Shown: positions 29,701 to 39,633 of the stretch, piece by piece
How the letters are laid out: every line of letters begins with the position of its first letter
How positions within the stretch are numbered: the first letter of the stretch is position 1
Source: Spirochaetia bacterium
GTDB lineage: Bacteria > Spirochaetota > Spirochaetia > SZUA-6 > Bin103
Assembly: GCA_965203905.1 (NCBI GenBank)
Contig: CBDBDQ010000005.1
Coordinates: 1,056,001-1,120,000 of the forward strand
DNA length: 64,000 bases
Reading direction: 5' to 3'
Made by a program: the position numbers and the translations under genes
The notes under the pieces: model-generated
Seen by the model: the letters and a program-made list of their open reading frames with translations, nothing else
Told to the model about the DNA's origin: nothing
Databases searched by the model: none

Positions 29701-32014
29701 CAACGGTGTCGCAGTGATCAACCGTCTACTTAACCATGCCGCACGCATTCGCGTACGCACCCTGGCCCGGCTCGGACCGGTCGGCCCGCCGTTCCACGTT
29801 GGCATTGGTCACGAGACCGAACTCGAAATCACGGGTACACGCCGACTCTACATCGGTGATGAGCATGTTTGGCGCTGGTACCGAGGAACCGCTGTCGGAC
29901 CTTATCCTTGTATGAGCGCACTGCAAGCGCTGGAGCGGGTATGCGACCAATTGATCAAGGTCGACATCTCGATCGAAACCGTGATTGCAATACTCCTCCG
30001 CGATTGCGACAACATCGCGATGGTCGGCCTCGTCGTTGGACTCCTCGTACGGCATCTTGAGAACACGGGCCGTCTCCTGGACCCGTACCTTGCAGAACCG
30101 GTCATCTGGCATCACGAGTTCACACGAATCACAGACGAGATGAGCGGACTCGCAGCCGATTCCGAGGGACTCGTCAATCCTGACCGACGGAAATGGTCGC
30201 TACGCGAGGCTGCCGGGTGCATGGTCCTGAGAGCCGACGAGAGACGTGCGGCGGAACTACGCGCGGTCGGCGAGACGCTCGTGGCGAAGGCACGTCGCGA
30301 CATCGAGTCGGCAAGCGACGAAAGTGGTACCGAACCGGCAAGGGACGCGAGTGATTCCGCTGAACACCAGTTGGCGGCAGTGCGCGCTTGGGCGAGCAGC
30401 CTAGATCGCAGCACGTACCGAGCCTATGACGCTCCCAATGGCCTGTACATTCAGTCCAAGCCACCGAATAACGTGGCGCAAGCGTTGGATCGCAGCAACG
30501 AGGAACTGAAACGCGTACAAGCGACGACTCGATTGGTAGTCCGCTACCATTTCGAGCGAAAGAGTGGCGGTGCTAGTGGGATCGGGCCAGAAGAACTGAC
30601 CACTGATCTGGCAACGGCCCGAGGGCTGCTTGAGAACCCACCGTCCCGCGGAGTGCTTGATCGATGGGAGGCGCCCGCCATTGTCTCCGTAGCAGCACTC
30701 GAATCACACTTTCTGAGTAGGCTCGATCTCCCTTACGAAGCGCTTTCATTCGCGGCCGAGACTGTACTTGAGATCGGAGAGGCGGAGGCGACGGCGAAGG
30801 ACGAGTTCGATCCTTCGTATTATGAACAGGGCGCCGACCGCAGCGCCGCACGGGCCGTGCCGCTGCTACTTCTACCGGCTGCCGACCGACTCCGTTCCGT
30901 TATTGACAAGATGGACGGTTCGACCATCTTCGAGCGCGCCGTAGCGGCCGGCATGAAACTTGCACAATCTGGTACGGACGAAGTGCCGCTCCACCTCGCA
31001 CGTGGCTTGGATCACCTCTGGAAGACGCCGTGCACGGAAGATGGGCGTTGTCATCATGACGTGGGATGGCAAATCGCCACTGAAACGATGCGCTATTGCA
31101 TAATCCGCTGGGATCCAGATACTAACGGACACAGCGTGCTTCCACTCAAAGAGCCGTACACCAAGTCGCTACGTCGCGTTGACGACAGCTCGATCCTCGT
31201 GCTTCGCCTCGATGCTGCAATACGGGCGCTGGCCCCGGCCGCTACATCCGGCATATGCGTATCGGCTCGGGCGCGCGAGTTGCTATTGACTTTGCTCGCT
31301 GCTCAACGGCGCTCGCTACTCAGCGAAGACCACTACGACGCAGATCCTCGAGGTTCACACACTCTCTTGAGTGCACGCGCTCTGCTGACACTGGCTGAAG
31401 AGTGCGATGATGCGCCTATTCGCGAGCACATTGGTGCTTACGCCGATAGCCCCGAACTTCTCGGCCATTTGCTCAACGCGCTATCAGCGGCGGCGGAAGA
31501 GACACTCGAGCGAGCGACAGCGGCGCGAAGGATTTGGCCGAACGTTGTTCGGCACGTCCTGGAGTTGAATGAGTCAGGTCACACCCCGTTCGAAGTTGGA
31601 ATCTCCGGCGACATGACGCTTGCAGCGCTTATCCCGAACGCCACGGGCGAGGCTTTTTTTCTCTACCCGGAGGTTGAGGACAGCCGTATTCCATGGTGGC
31701 GGCCGCTAGAGATGCAACCAGAGGTCGAGGCATGGCTCACGACGGCGGCCGGTAGACCGTATTGTGTCGACCATCTGGTCCACTTCCTCCGCGTTCTCAC
31801 ACCCGAAGAGCAAGTCCGAACCGGGCTGTCGTGGGTGTCAAAGCTCGTGAGCGCGGATCCTGACCATGCCGCTAGGGACGCCCTTGCGCTCTCGACTTGG
31901 CTAGTCGAGTCACGCCCAGTGGCTGAAGATGCCGGTCTCTCGGCCAGTTGGCAGGAGGTCGTCGATGCGCTCGTAGTTGCCGGCGTGAGGCAACTCGCGC
32001 CCTACTCGGAGTAG
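26714..32014 (+). CDS. Large STAND (Avs/NACHT-like) NTPase with an N-terminal restriction-endonuclease-like domain and a long helical C-terminus
   Basis: About 1766 aa (ORF open from 26576); SPYATGGGGVTFE...VDDLVV; Walker A GESGVGKS; Walker B MLIVDGAD; winged-helix EFAHDEVRRY. Confidence 0.8.
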   Translation: MSEANPKEIRGPATGDGDTDAVAPAVGMSPYATGGGGVTFERKVAVQYLAHLLVGDGASELGDGRRVVSVAFQQAPDHAVDDLVVYAARPDELRPSLVLALGIRRSPRFVPSDQSTQELVRQFVRTLLDASTDGPEHRFGIVVAGPQSHAEQLARLADLAKDQLDAPGFFGLVRTPHKFEAAVRGRLDQLAKLLERALRDLGVDNADVAQVERCAWELLSRLSVLMPRIESPDDTDWPAVANSLIPVARGSDLTAASALCDRLVTLAGEYSPKSARVDLKLLRRDVHAILDSATRRHKQGWQALEHLHRRAVASVRHEITASGDGRRIRLDRSDAVAKLVATARDALAVVACGESGVGKSALTILGITAMCTADLDSLQALCINLRHTPKLTVEFEATLGCPLSAILGELSAPQRMLIVDGADAVAEGMEDAFRYLVDAARESDVKVVAVTSVDSAQVVRDILTERFGTGVADHSVASLTDSEIDEIVRTFPELSKLNANARSRELLRRLVLADLLVRGRVRDVPLTEADAMREVWSGLVRRHEKSDRGDPDAREVALLRLADLDLTGGERFGVIREIDPAALHGLRHDGLLRTSPDDPFTIGPEFAHDEVRRYAVARLLLSGDTPASRILKAGAPRWSLSAARLASEAWLGRLDTSSTPMGGRLGVLQASFDRLVDAGHGARWGDVPGEALLSTADPQALLRRAWPGLLADDAAGLRRLARLVDQRHRDENGIVNLATVEPIITRVLEDGRPWRFGEYAQDLLRDWLRAHVIAKTVTGHPLRTLLRERLVEACAAGDRRLAKEREAELARSPAEERPLGPKRTNLLPLGFLLPTLRRLFGQASKGSARTPKEVEKARRFAKRHKLFAEIGDGGRRRRQRPRVPREITDAIVLELLALCGPDLGSDGEAILCRVARDAPSWLAPAVEEAFTGRALGNYGRGLLARLTEAYYLDDESSGSRFGDDGIHRHRARSFGIFHQFAYFRGPFMPLLQSDFSNGVAVINRLLNHAARIRVRTLARLGPVGPPFHVGIGHETELEITGTRRLYIGDEHVWRWYRGTAVGPYPCMSALQALERVCDQLIKVDISIETVIAILLRDCDNIAMVGLVVGLLVRHLENTGRLLDPYLAEPVIWHHEFTRITDEMSGLAADSEGLVNPDRRKWSLREAAGCMVLRADERRAAELRAVGETLVAKARRDIESASDESGTEPARDASDSAEHQLAAVRAWASSLDRSTYRAYDAPNGLYIQSKPPNNVAQALDRSNEELKRVQATTRLVVRYHFERKSGGASGIGPEELTTDLATARGLLENPPSRGVLDRWEAPAIVSVAALESHFLSRLDLPYEALSFAAETVLEIGEAEATAKDEFDPSYYEQGADRSAARAVPLLLLPAADRLRSVIDKMDGSTIFERAVAAGMKLAQSGTDEVPLHLARGLDHLWKTPCTEDGRCHHDVGWQIATETMRYCIIRWDPDTNGHSVLPLKEPYTKSLRRVDDSSILVLRLDAAIRALAPAATSGICVSARARELLLTLLAAQRRSLLSEDHYDADPRGSHTLLSARALLTLAEECDDAPIREHIGAYADSPELLGHLLNALSAAAEETLERATAARRIWPNVVRHVLELNESGHTPFEVGISGDMTLAALIPNATGEAFFLYPEVEDSRIPWWRPLEMQPEVEAWLTTAAGRPYCVDHLVHFLRVLTPEEQVRTGLSWVSKLVSADPDHAARDALALSTWLVESRPVAEDAGLSASWQEVVDALVVAGVRQLAPYSE

Positions 32015-32129
32015 CCTGTGATCTCGTTGATCGATCTCCTGCTTGGTATAGCTCCGGCTGACCGCCGACTATCGTACCGGTGCGCGTAATGGAACGTGGC
32101 AAACCCACAGGAGACAAGGAGATACATGG

Positions 32130-34862
32130 ATGAGGCGCAGGAAGCCGCCTAGACGCTCGGACAACTACCGCCACCCGGAAGCGGGGGCGTTGCTGCGGCC
32201 AGATGTCGGCATCCAGCCGCAGTTTCGCAAAAAGAAGCCTTCAGCCGCGTATCGCTACGACTCTTCGCTGGCGCCCTCGCTCGAGTGGGACGGGCAGAAT
32301 CCAGCACGTGAGCAGGGCGAAGCAGAGATCGCGGCGCTGGAGGAGCGCATAACGCGACTGTTGGCTATCCTCGATAGAGCGGACTCCGAGCCACTGTCGG
32401 AGGAAGATCGCACCTCGGCACGCCACGAGCTCGCCACCGCGCAGCGTCACCTCGCCGAGCTGCGAGCGCTTTCCAAGCCGTTCCTCAACTGGGCGGGCAA
32501 AGCTGAGCGGCTGTCCTTCGAGGTTCCCACGCTGCCGCTGTTCGTGCACGAACGGCTGTCCACCGCCGCCATCCTGGAGACGCTGAAGGGGCACCGGCGT
32601 GACGACCAGCCGACGCAGTTCGAGTTGTTCGGGGAGAGCGATCTGCCCATTCACGACCGACTGCTCAAGGCCTACGAGCACCGCAACGGGTGGGTGAATC
32701 GGCTGATCCTCGGTGATTCGCTGGTGGTGATGAACTCGCTGCTCGGGTTCGAGGGCCTTGGCGGGCAGGTGCAGACGATCTACATGGATCCACCCTACGC
32801 AGTGAAGTTCGGCTCGAACTTTCAACCGTTCGTACGCAAGCGAGAAGTCAGGCACAACGACGACGACGACATGATCCGCGAGCCAGAGATGGTACAAGCG
32901 TACCGCGACACCTGGGAGTTGGGGATCCACTCGTTCCTGACCTACCTGCGCGACCGGTTGCTGGTGGCGCGGGAGCTGCTGCATCCCTCGGGCAGCATCT
33001 TCGTCCAGATGTCGGACACCAACGTGCATCACGTACGCGAGCTGCTGGACGAAGTATTCGGCCCCGAATGCTTCGTGTCGCAAATCAGTTTTCAGACCAC
33101 CTCGGGGTTTCAGACCAAGACCCTCGCTACCCTCGGCGATTACCTGCTCTGGTACGCCCGTGACCGTGACCGGCTGAAGGTAAGAAAGCTGTTCGACGAA
33201 CAGCCGCTGATCCCGGGTGAGGGCAATGCCCGTTGGGTGCTACTGCCTGATGGTAGCTACCGTGGCGTGAGCGCTGAGGAGCGGCGGCGGGCCGCTGCTA
33301 TCCCCGAAGGCGCCAAGCTCTACAAGCCGGGGGACATGCAATCCCAAGGTGCGTCGCGCGAGCCGCAGCCCTTCGAATTTAACGGCAGGGTCTATCAGCC
33401 CAGCGCCAACTCCCACTGGAAAGCCAACTACCCAGAGGGCTTGAAGCGTTTGGCTGCGGACGGACGCATCCACGTAGCCGCAAACAGCATCCAGTATCGG
33501 CGGTTCGCGTCCGATTTTCCGTACCGGGAGCGAGGGAACTTCTGGACCGACACCCTGACCGGCAGCTTTACGGAAGAAAAGCGCTACGTGGTTCAGACCA
33601 ACCCCAAGGTGATCGAACGCTGCATCCTGCTCACTTCCGACCCCGGCGACCTGGTGCTCGATCCCACCTGTGGCTCCGGCACTACCGCATGGTGCGCGGA
33701 GAAGTGGGGACGGCGCTGGATCACCATCGACACTTCGCGCGTCCCGTTGGCGATTGCTCGCCAACGCTTGCTCACCGCCAGACTGGACTACTACCGACTC
33801 AAAGAGCCGGTGCGCGGCCCGGCGGGCGGCTTCGAGTACCAGCGCCGGCAGAACGCCAAGGGCGAGGAAGTCGGCGGCATCGTGCCCCACATCACACTGG
33901 AGTCGATTGCCAACGACGAACCGGCCAAGGAGGAGGTGCTGGTCGACCGCCCCGAGCGCGACGACAACGTTACGCGCGTGTGCGGCCCGTTCTGTGTGGA
34001 GGCGACAATTCCGGCTCCAACCGACTGGGACGATGACGAGACGGCCGCGGAAGCCGCACACGATGACGGTTACGATGATCACGTCGAGCGCATGATCGAA
34101 GTGCTGCGCCGCTCACCGGTCCTGCGTCTCGGGGGTGGGCGCACGGTCACCCTCTCCGGCGTGCGCCGCCCCGCGCGCACCATCAGCCTTTCAGCCGAGG
34201 CGAAGATCGAGGGCGAGGACGACCAGATCGCGGCTATCGTCTTCGGTCCCGAAAACGGCGCGGTGTCGCAGAACCTGGTGTTCGAGGCCGCGAAAGAGGG
34301 CAACGTGAAGGGCTACCGGCACCTGTACGTGTTCGGCTTTGCCATTCAGCCGGATGCGAGGAGCCTGATCGAGCTCAGTGACCGCGTGCTGGGTATTCCA
34401 GCCACCTACGCGCAGGCGAGCCCCGACCTCACCATGGGTGACCTGCTCAAGAACATGCGCTCCAGCCAGATCTTTTCGGTGTGCGGACTGCCCGAGGTGC
34501 GGATCGAGCGAGCCGATGACCACGCGTACCGCGTGCATCTGTCCGGGCTCGACGTTTTCGATCCCGCTACGATGGAAACCGACCATCGCGACGGCGCCGA
34601 CGTGCCGGCATGGTTTCTGGACACCGACTACAACGGCCTCTGCTTCCACGTGTGTCAGGCATTCTTTCCACGTACGTCCGCCTGGGAGGGGCTCAAGCGA
34701 TCGCTCCGTGGCGACTTCGAGGCGAGCGTCTGGCAACATCTTGCTGGGGCGAGCAGTGCGCCGTTCACCGCTGCCGGCCACGAGCAGATCGCCGTGAAGG
34801 TGATCGACGACCGGGGCAACGAACTGCTGGTGGTGAAGCATCTCGCGGAAGCTGACACTTGA
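32130..34862 (+). CDS. mod: Type III R-M DNA methyltransferase (Mod)
   Basis: NRLILGDSL, DPPY and LVLDPTCGSGTT (beta-class motif order); ends IAVKVIDDRGNE; lies upstream of res. Confidence 0.92.
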   Translation: MRRRKPPRRSDNYRHPEAGALLRPDVGIQPQFRKKKPSAAYRYDSSLAPSLEWDGQNPAREQGEAEIAALEERITRLLAILDRADSEPLSEEDRTSARHELATAQRHLAELRALSKPFLNWAGKAERLSFEVPTLPLFVHERLSTAAILETLKGHRRDDQPTQFELFGESDLPIHDRLLKAYEHRNGWVNRLILGDSLVVMNSLLGFEGLGGQVQTIYMDPPYAVKFGSNFQPFVRKREVRHNDDDDMIREPEMVQAYRDTWELGIHSFLTYLRDRLLVARELLHPSGSIFVQMSDTNVHHVRELLDEVFGPECFVSQISFQTTSGFQTKTLATLGDYLLWYARDRDRLKVRKLFDEQPLIPGEGNARWVLLPDGSYRGVSAEERRRAAAIPEGAKLYKPGDMQSQGASREPQPFEFNGRVYQPSANSHWKANYPEGLKRLAADGRIHVAANSIQYRRFASDFPYRERGNFWTDTLTGSFTEEKRYVVQTNPKVIERCILLTSDPGDLVLDPTCGSGTTAWCAEKWGRRWITIDTSRVPLAIARQRLLTARLDYYRLKEPVRGPAGGFEYQRRQNAKGEEVGGIVPHITLESIANDEPAKEEVLVDRPERDDNVTRVCGPFCVEATIPAPTDWDDDETAAEAAHDDGYDDHVERMIEVLRRSPVLRLGGGRTVTLSGVRRPARTISLSAEAKIEGEDDQIAAIVFGPENGAVSQNLVFEAAKEGNVKGYRHLYVFGFAIQPDARSLIELSDRVLGIPATYAQASPDLTMGDLLKNMRSSQIFSVCGLPEVRIERADDHAYRVHLSGLDVFDPATMETDHRDGADVPAWFLDTDYNGLCFHVCQAFFPRTSAWEGLKRSLRGDFEASVWQHLAGASSAPFTAAGHEQIAVKVIDDRGNELLVVKHLAEADT

Positions 34863-36511
34863 TCCGGTCGGTTCGCATTCGCGGTTTCAAGCGGTTTCGG
34901 GAGATCGAGTTCCGCCTGCCCGGACACGTCGTGCTTGCCGGCCCCAACAACACCGGCAAGACCACCCTGCTGCAGGCGATCGCCTCGTGGGCGCTCGCCC
35001 TGCGCCGCTGGCGCGAACTCAACGACTTCAATCGCCGGAACGGATACCGGAGGGTACCAATCGCCCGGCAGGCGTTCGCAGCGGTGCCGCTCGGCAGCTT
35101 CGACCTGTTGTGGACCGACCGCCGGTATCACGGACAGATCGAGATCGAGTTGCGCCATGACGATGGGTGGGAGGTGACCATGGAGTTCATCGCCGACAGC
35201 ACCGAGCAGATCTACGTGCGGCCGGCGTGGGATTCGTCAGGCGACCTGCGGGAGATCGACCTGCAGGCGCTGTTTGTGCCGCCGATGACCGGCCTCGGCG
35301 TTGATGAACCGGTGTATCAGTGGCCCAAGATCGAACAGCTCCTGGGCCTTGGGCGGCCGGGGGAAGTGCTCCGCAATCTGCTCGCCGACGCCAGCCGCGA
35401 CGAGGCAGCGTGGGAGGCGCTGCAGGCAACCATCGACAAGCTGTTCGGGTACCGGTTGCTGCCGCCCGACACCGCCGGGGCGCACATCCGCGCCGAGTAC
35501 GAGGTGACCGGGCAGGGCCCGCCGTTCGACGTTGCGAGCGCCGGCAGCGGGTTCCAGCAGGTGTTGATGCTGCTGGCGTTCCTCAATACACGCCACGGCG
35601 CCGTGTTGCTGCTGGACGAACCGGACGCGCACCTGCACGTGATCCTGCAAGATGCCATCTACCATGAGCTCAGGAGCGCCGCCGCCCGACACGGTTCGCA
35701 GCTCATCGTCGCTACCCACTCCGAAGTGGTCATCAACGCCGTCGAGCCGCGCGAGCTCATGGTCACACTGAGCACTCCGCGGTTGGCCGCCGACAGCGAC
35801 GAGCGCAGCCGTCTCATTTCGTCGCTGCGCGTTCTCAGCAACGCAGATGTTATGCAGGCTTTGGACCTGCGCGGGATTCTCTACGTCGAGGATTACACCG
35901 ACATCAACATTCTGCGTGCGTGGGCCGAGACGCTGCAGCATCGGGCATTGGTTCTGCTGGTGAAGGAGTTGATGTGGAAACCAGTCGCGTTTCAGATACG
36001 GGAGGGGCAGCCGGGGAGGGGGATCACCCCGCGTGAGCACTTTCCGGCATTGCAACTGGTGCGCGACGACTTCGCCGGTCTGGAACTGCGCGACGGCGAC
36101 GCACAACCGGGGGCCGGGAATACGCAGATCACGGGCAGCGGATTACAACGCCTGCGCTGGAGGCGCTATGAAATTGAGAGCTACCTGCTCCATCCGGACG
36201 CCCTTGCGCGCTTCGTCACCGCCCAGGTTGGCGTCGGTGCAGCACGGCCACACGTCGAAGACATGCTTGCCTGGTGGCGACGTGAGTTTCCGCCGGGTCT
36301 CACAGAAGCACCACTCGGCGATCACCCGTTTGTGAACAACACCAAGGCGCGTACCGAGCTCCTGCCGCCTCTCCTGGAAGCCGCCGAGATCTTCGACCTG
36401 CCGTACACGCGCTACCATGAAATCGCTGCAGTGATGCTCCCAGAGGAGATCCATCCCGAAGTACTGGAAAAACTGGATGCGATCTGCCGGGCGTTCGGAG
36501 TCGAGCCGTGA
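34859..36511 (+). CDS. OLD-family-like ABC ATPase with a TOPRIM-like C-terminal domain
   Basis: GFKRF, GPNNTGKT, GSGFQQ, LLDEPDAHLH and ATHS; TOPRIM-like LYVEDYTD, RDGD and EIESY. Confidence 0.8.
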   Translation: MIRSVRIRGFKRFREIEFRLPGHVVLAGPNNTGKTTLLQAIASWALALRRWRELNDFNRRNGYRRVPIARQAFAAVPLGSFDLLWTDRRYHGQIEIELRHDDGWEVTMEFIADSTEQIYVRPAWDSSGDLREIDLQALFVPPMTGLGVDEPVYQWPKIEQLLGLGRPGEVLRNLLADASRDEAAWEALQATIDKLFGYRLLPPDTAGAHIRAEYEVTGQGPPFDVASAGSGFQQVLMLLAFLNTRHGAVLLLDEPDAHLHVILQDAIYHELRSAAARHGSQLIVATHSEVVINAVEPRELMVTLSTPRLAADSDERSRLISSLRVLSNADVMQALDLRGILYVEDYTDINILRAWAETLQHRALVLLVKELMWKPVAFQIREGQPGRGITPREHFPALQLVRDDFAGLELRDGDAQPGAGNTQITGSGLQRLRWRRYEIESYLLHPDALARFVTAQVGVGAARPHVEDMLAWWRREFPPGLTEAPLGDHPFVNNTKARTELLPPLLEAAEIFDLPYTRYHEIAAVMLPEEIHPEVLEKLDAICRAFGVEP

Positions 36512-39500
36512 ACGTACGCGAAGTCCCCGAGCCGATCCTCAACTCGCCGTTCGAGGAGCCCAGGGAGCACTGGCGGATCACCGAACACGAGCCGCCTCAG
36601 CGGGTGCCCGGCCGCCGTCCGGCCATGTACTTCTACCGCCCGGCCGGGCATGAGTCGTCCGCTGAGCAGCAGGGAGTGGGGACGGCGATCGGACTGAAGT
36701 TGGTCAACCGGATCCGTGCCAAGCTCGCCGAGTGGCGGCCGATGGCGCTGCGCGGCGAGGGCGGCGTGAGCCGTACCACCATGGAATTGCTGCGCTACTG
36801 GCGCCGCGAGGGGCGCGGGCACCGTTTGTTCTTTGCCCAGCTCGAAGCCGCCGAAACGGTGATCTTCCTGACCGAGGCGCGCCGGGACTTCCTGCAGGGG
36901 ATCGACATCCCGCTCGACGAACCGGGTCCCGAGGCGCAGGCCAACGGGTTCCGCGCCTTCACGCGCTATGCCTGCAAGATGGCAACCGGCACCGGAAAGA
37001 CCACCGTCATGGGTATGCTTGCCGCGTGGAGCATCCTCAACAAGGTCGCTGCCCGTGGAGATCGCCGTTATTCGGATACCGTGCTGGTGGTGTGTCCGAA
37101 CGTTACGATTCGCAATCGGCTGGAAGAACTCAAACCGCAGGGGGGCGCGGCCAGCCTGTACCGCACGCGGGATCTGGTGCCGCCGCATCTCATGTCGTCG
37201 CTGGCGCAGGGCAGTGTGCTGGTAATGAACTGGCACGTGTTCGAGCCGAAGAGTGCGCACGCCGACGGCCAATCGGGCCGGGTGATCCGCACTGGGCAGG
37301 AGATCCGAACGCGGGAGACGATCCGCATTGGCACCAAGTCGACCACCATGCGCGGATCGCGCTATCTCACGCTGGACGATCTGAAGCGGCAGGTCGATCT
37401 CGGACTCGTTACCATTCTTGGTGAGCAGCGCGACCGGCAGGGCAGCCTCAAGTCGGTCGCAGTCGAGTCGGTTCGCTACGTGGAAAGCGATAGCAAACTC
37501 GTTGACCGTGTGCTTGCACGCGAAGTGGGCAGCAAGGGAAACATCCTCCTGATGAACGATGAAGCGCATCACGCCTACCGGATTCGCCACGCCGAGCCCG
37601 ACGACGGCGAGGAGGATCTGTACGGAGATGCCGATCAGACCGAGGAGTTCTTTCGCGAAGCGACCGTCTGGATCGACGGCCTGGACCGCATCCACAAGCT
37701 GCGCGGCATCAACCTGTGCGTCGACCTGTCCGCCACCCCCTACTACCTGGGACGTGTCGGGCAGGATGCGAATCGGCCGTTCCCCTGGGTCGTGAGCGAT
37801 TTCGGGTTGGTCGACGCCATCGAGTCGGGGCTCGTGAAGATACCGCAGCTCGCGGTGCGCGACACGAGCGGGGCCGCAATCCCCGGCTACTTCAACATCT
37901 GGCGATGGATTCTACCACGGCTCACTCCGGCCGAACGAGGCGGCCGCCGGGGGAGCGTGAAGCCGGAAGCGATCCTCAAGCATGCGCACGTTCCCATCGC
38001 GATGCTGGGCGGACTGTGGGAGCTGCTTCGCGACGAATGGGCACGGCGCCACGAGTCGGACCGCCCGCCGGTGTTCATCATCGTGTGCAAGAACACTGCA
38101 CTCGCCAAGGTCATCCATCGCTGGCTGGGCCATGACGAGGCGCCGGTCGGGATTCCGCCGGCGCGTCTCGATGGACTGCGCAATACCGATGGAGACAACT
38201 ACACGATACGGGTGGACTCCAAGGTCGTGCAGGAGTCGGACGGTGGGGAGGCCCGGTCCGACGCGGACCGATGGATGCGTTTGACGCTCGACACCATCGG
38301 CAAGACGGCGTGGCCGCAGGACGCTCAGGCGCGCCCCCTCTACCCCGAAGGATTCGAGGCGCTCGCGGAGAAACTGGAAAAGCCGTTGCATCCACCGGGG
38401 CGGGACGTGCGTTGCATCGTCAGCGTCGGCATGCTCACCGAAGGGTGGGACTGCAATACGGTAACGCACATCATCGGTCTGCGGCCATTCATGTCGCAGT
38501 TGCTGTGCGAGCAGGTGGTGGGCAGGGGGTTGCGTCGGCTGAGCTATGCAGTGGAGGAGGACGGCAGACTCGGCGAGGAGGTGGCGAAGATCTTCGGGGT
38601 GCCATTCGAGGTGATCCCGCTGAAGACCAACCCTCCCGGCGTGCCCAAGCCACCGCCGCAGACGTGGCGCATCCATGCCCTGCCGGAGCGCGCCGATCTG
38701 GAGATCAAGTTCCCGCGCGTCGAGGGATACACCTCTCGAATCCGCAATCGAATCCGTGTCGACTGGGACAGCATCGCGCCGCTGGAGCTTGATCCTCTGC
38801 ACATTCCGCCCGAGGTGGAGATGAAGGCCGGGTTGCCGAGCAACACCGGGCGACCCTCATTGATCGGTCCCGGGCGCCTGGAGCAGGTCGATCTCAACCC
38901 GTACCGTCGAGGTCGACGCCCGCAGCGTCTGGTGTTCGAGATGGCTCGCGATCTCACCCGCAACTACCGCCAGTCGCCCGACTGTGCGGCGCCCGCCCAC
39001 GTCCTGTTCCCTCAACTCGTGACGGTAGTGCAACGTTACCTCGATCAGAACGTGCGGCCCATCCCGCCGGCGCAAGACGTCGATGCATTCCTCTCACCCT
39101 GGTATGGCTGGCTCGTGGAACGCCTTCTGGAAGCGATCCATCCAGCGGCAGACGACGGGGACCAGGGCGAGTCACCGCGCTACGAGACCAACCGGAGACC
39201 GGGATCTACCGAAGAGGTCGACTTCGAGACCAGACGCGAGCCCTACCCGGTGACCAGGAGCCACGTCAACGCGGTCGTCCCCGACACCGCCAAGTGGGAG
39301 CAGTCGGCTGCCTACCAGATAGATCGCCACAAACAGGTAAAGTCATTCGTCAAGAACGCAGGCCTCGGATTCGCCATCCCCTACCTGCACAACGGCGAAC
39401 ATCACGAGTACATTCCCGACTTCATCATCCAGCTCGCCGACGACGAGCCGCGTTACCTCATCCTGGAGACCAAGGGCTTCGATCCGCTCCGCGAGGTGAA

Positions 39501-39633
39501 GGAGCAAGCGGCCCTACGCTGGGTTCGCGCAGTGAACGGTACAGCCAGCTTCGGTCACTGGGCTTACGCCATGGTCACCGAAATCGCCGCTGTGGACGAA
39601 GTGATTTCGAGAGTATCTGCTACGGCATCGTGA
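36508..39633 (+). CDS. res: Type III restriction endonuclease subunit (Res)
   Basis: KMATGTGKT, DEAHH, LSATP, MLTEGWD, QVVGRGLRR, and nuclease motif YIPDFII...LETKG. Confidence 0.92.
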   Translation: MNVREVPEPILNSPFEEPREHWRITEHEPPQRVPGRRPAMYFYRPAGHESSAEQQGVGTAIGLKLVNRIRAKLAEWRPMALRGEGGVSRTTMELLRYWRREGRGHRLFFAQLEAAETVIFLTEARRDFLQGIDIPLDEPGPEAQANGFRAFTRYACKMATGTGKTTVMGMLAAWSILNKVAARGDRRYSDTVLVVCPNVTIRNRLEELKPQGGAASLYRTRDLVPPHLMSSLAQGSVLVMNWHVFEPKSAHADGQSGRVIRTGQEIRTRETIRIGTKSTTMRGSRYLTLDDLKRQVDLGLVTILGEQRDRQGSLKSVAVESVRYVESDSKLVDRVLAREVGSKGNILLMNDEAHHAYRIRHAEPDDGEEDLYGDADQTEEFFREATVWIDGLDRIHKLRGINLCVDLSATPYYLGRVGQDANRPFPWVVSDFGLVDAIESGLVKIPQLAVRDTSGAAIPGYFNIWRWILPRLTPAERGGRRGSVKPEAILKHAHVPIAMLGGLWELLRDEWARRHESDRPPVFIIVCKNTALAKVIHRWLGHDEAPVGIPPARLDGLRNTDGDNYTIRVDSKVVQESDGGEARSDADRWMRLTLDTIGKTAWPQDAQARPLYPEGFEALAEKLEKPLHPPGRDVRCIVSVGMLTEGWDCNTVTHIIGLRPFMSQLLCEQVVGRGLRRLSYAVEEDGRLGEEVAKIFGVPFEVIPLKTNPPGVPKPPPQTWRIHALPERADLEIKFPRVEGYTSRIRNRIRVDWDSIAPLELDPLHIPPEVEMKAGLPSNTGRPSLIGPGRLEQVDLNPYRRGRRPQRLVFEMARDLTRNYRQSPDCAAPAHVLFPQLVTVVQRYLDQNVRPIPPAQDVDAFLSPWYGWLVERLLEAIHPAADDGDQGESPRYETNRRPGSTEEVDFETRREPYPVTRSHVNAVVPDTAKWEQSAAYQIDRHKQVKSFVKNAGLGFAIPYLHNGEHHEYIPDFIIQLADDEPRYLILETKGFDPLREVKEQAALRWVRAVNGTASFGHWAYAMVTEIAAVDEVISRVSATAS

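Noticed and set aside
32859-32870. (GAC)4 in mod as a phase-variation tract
   Set aside because: It is a short in-frame triplet run coding Asp4 and cannot shift the frame.
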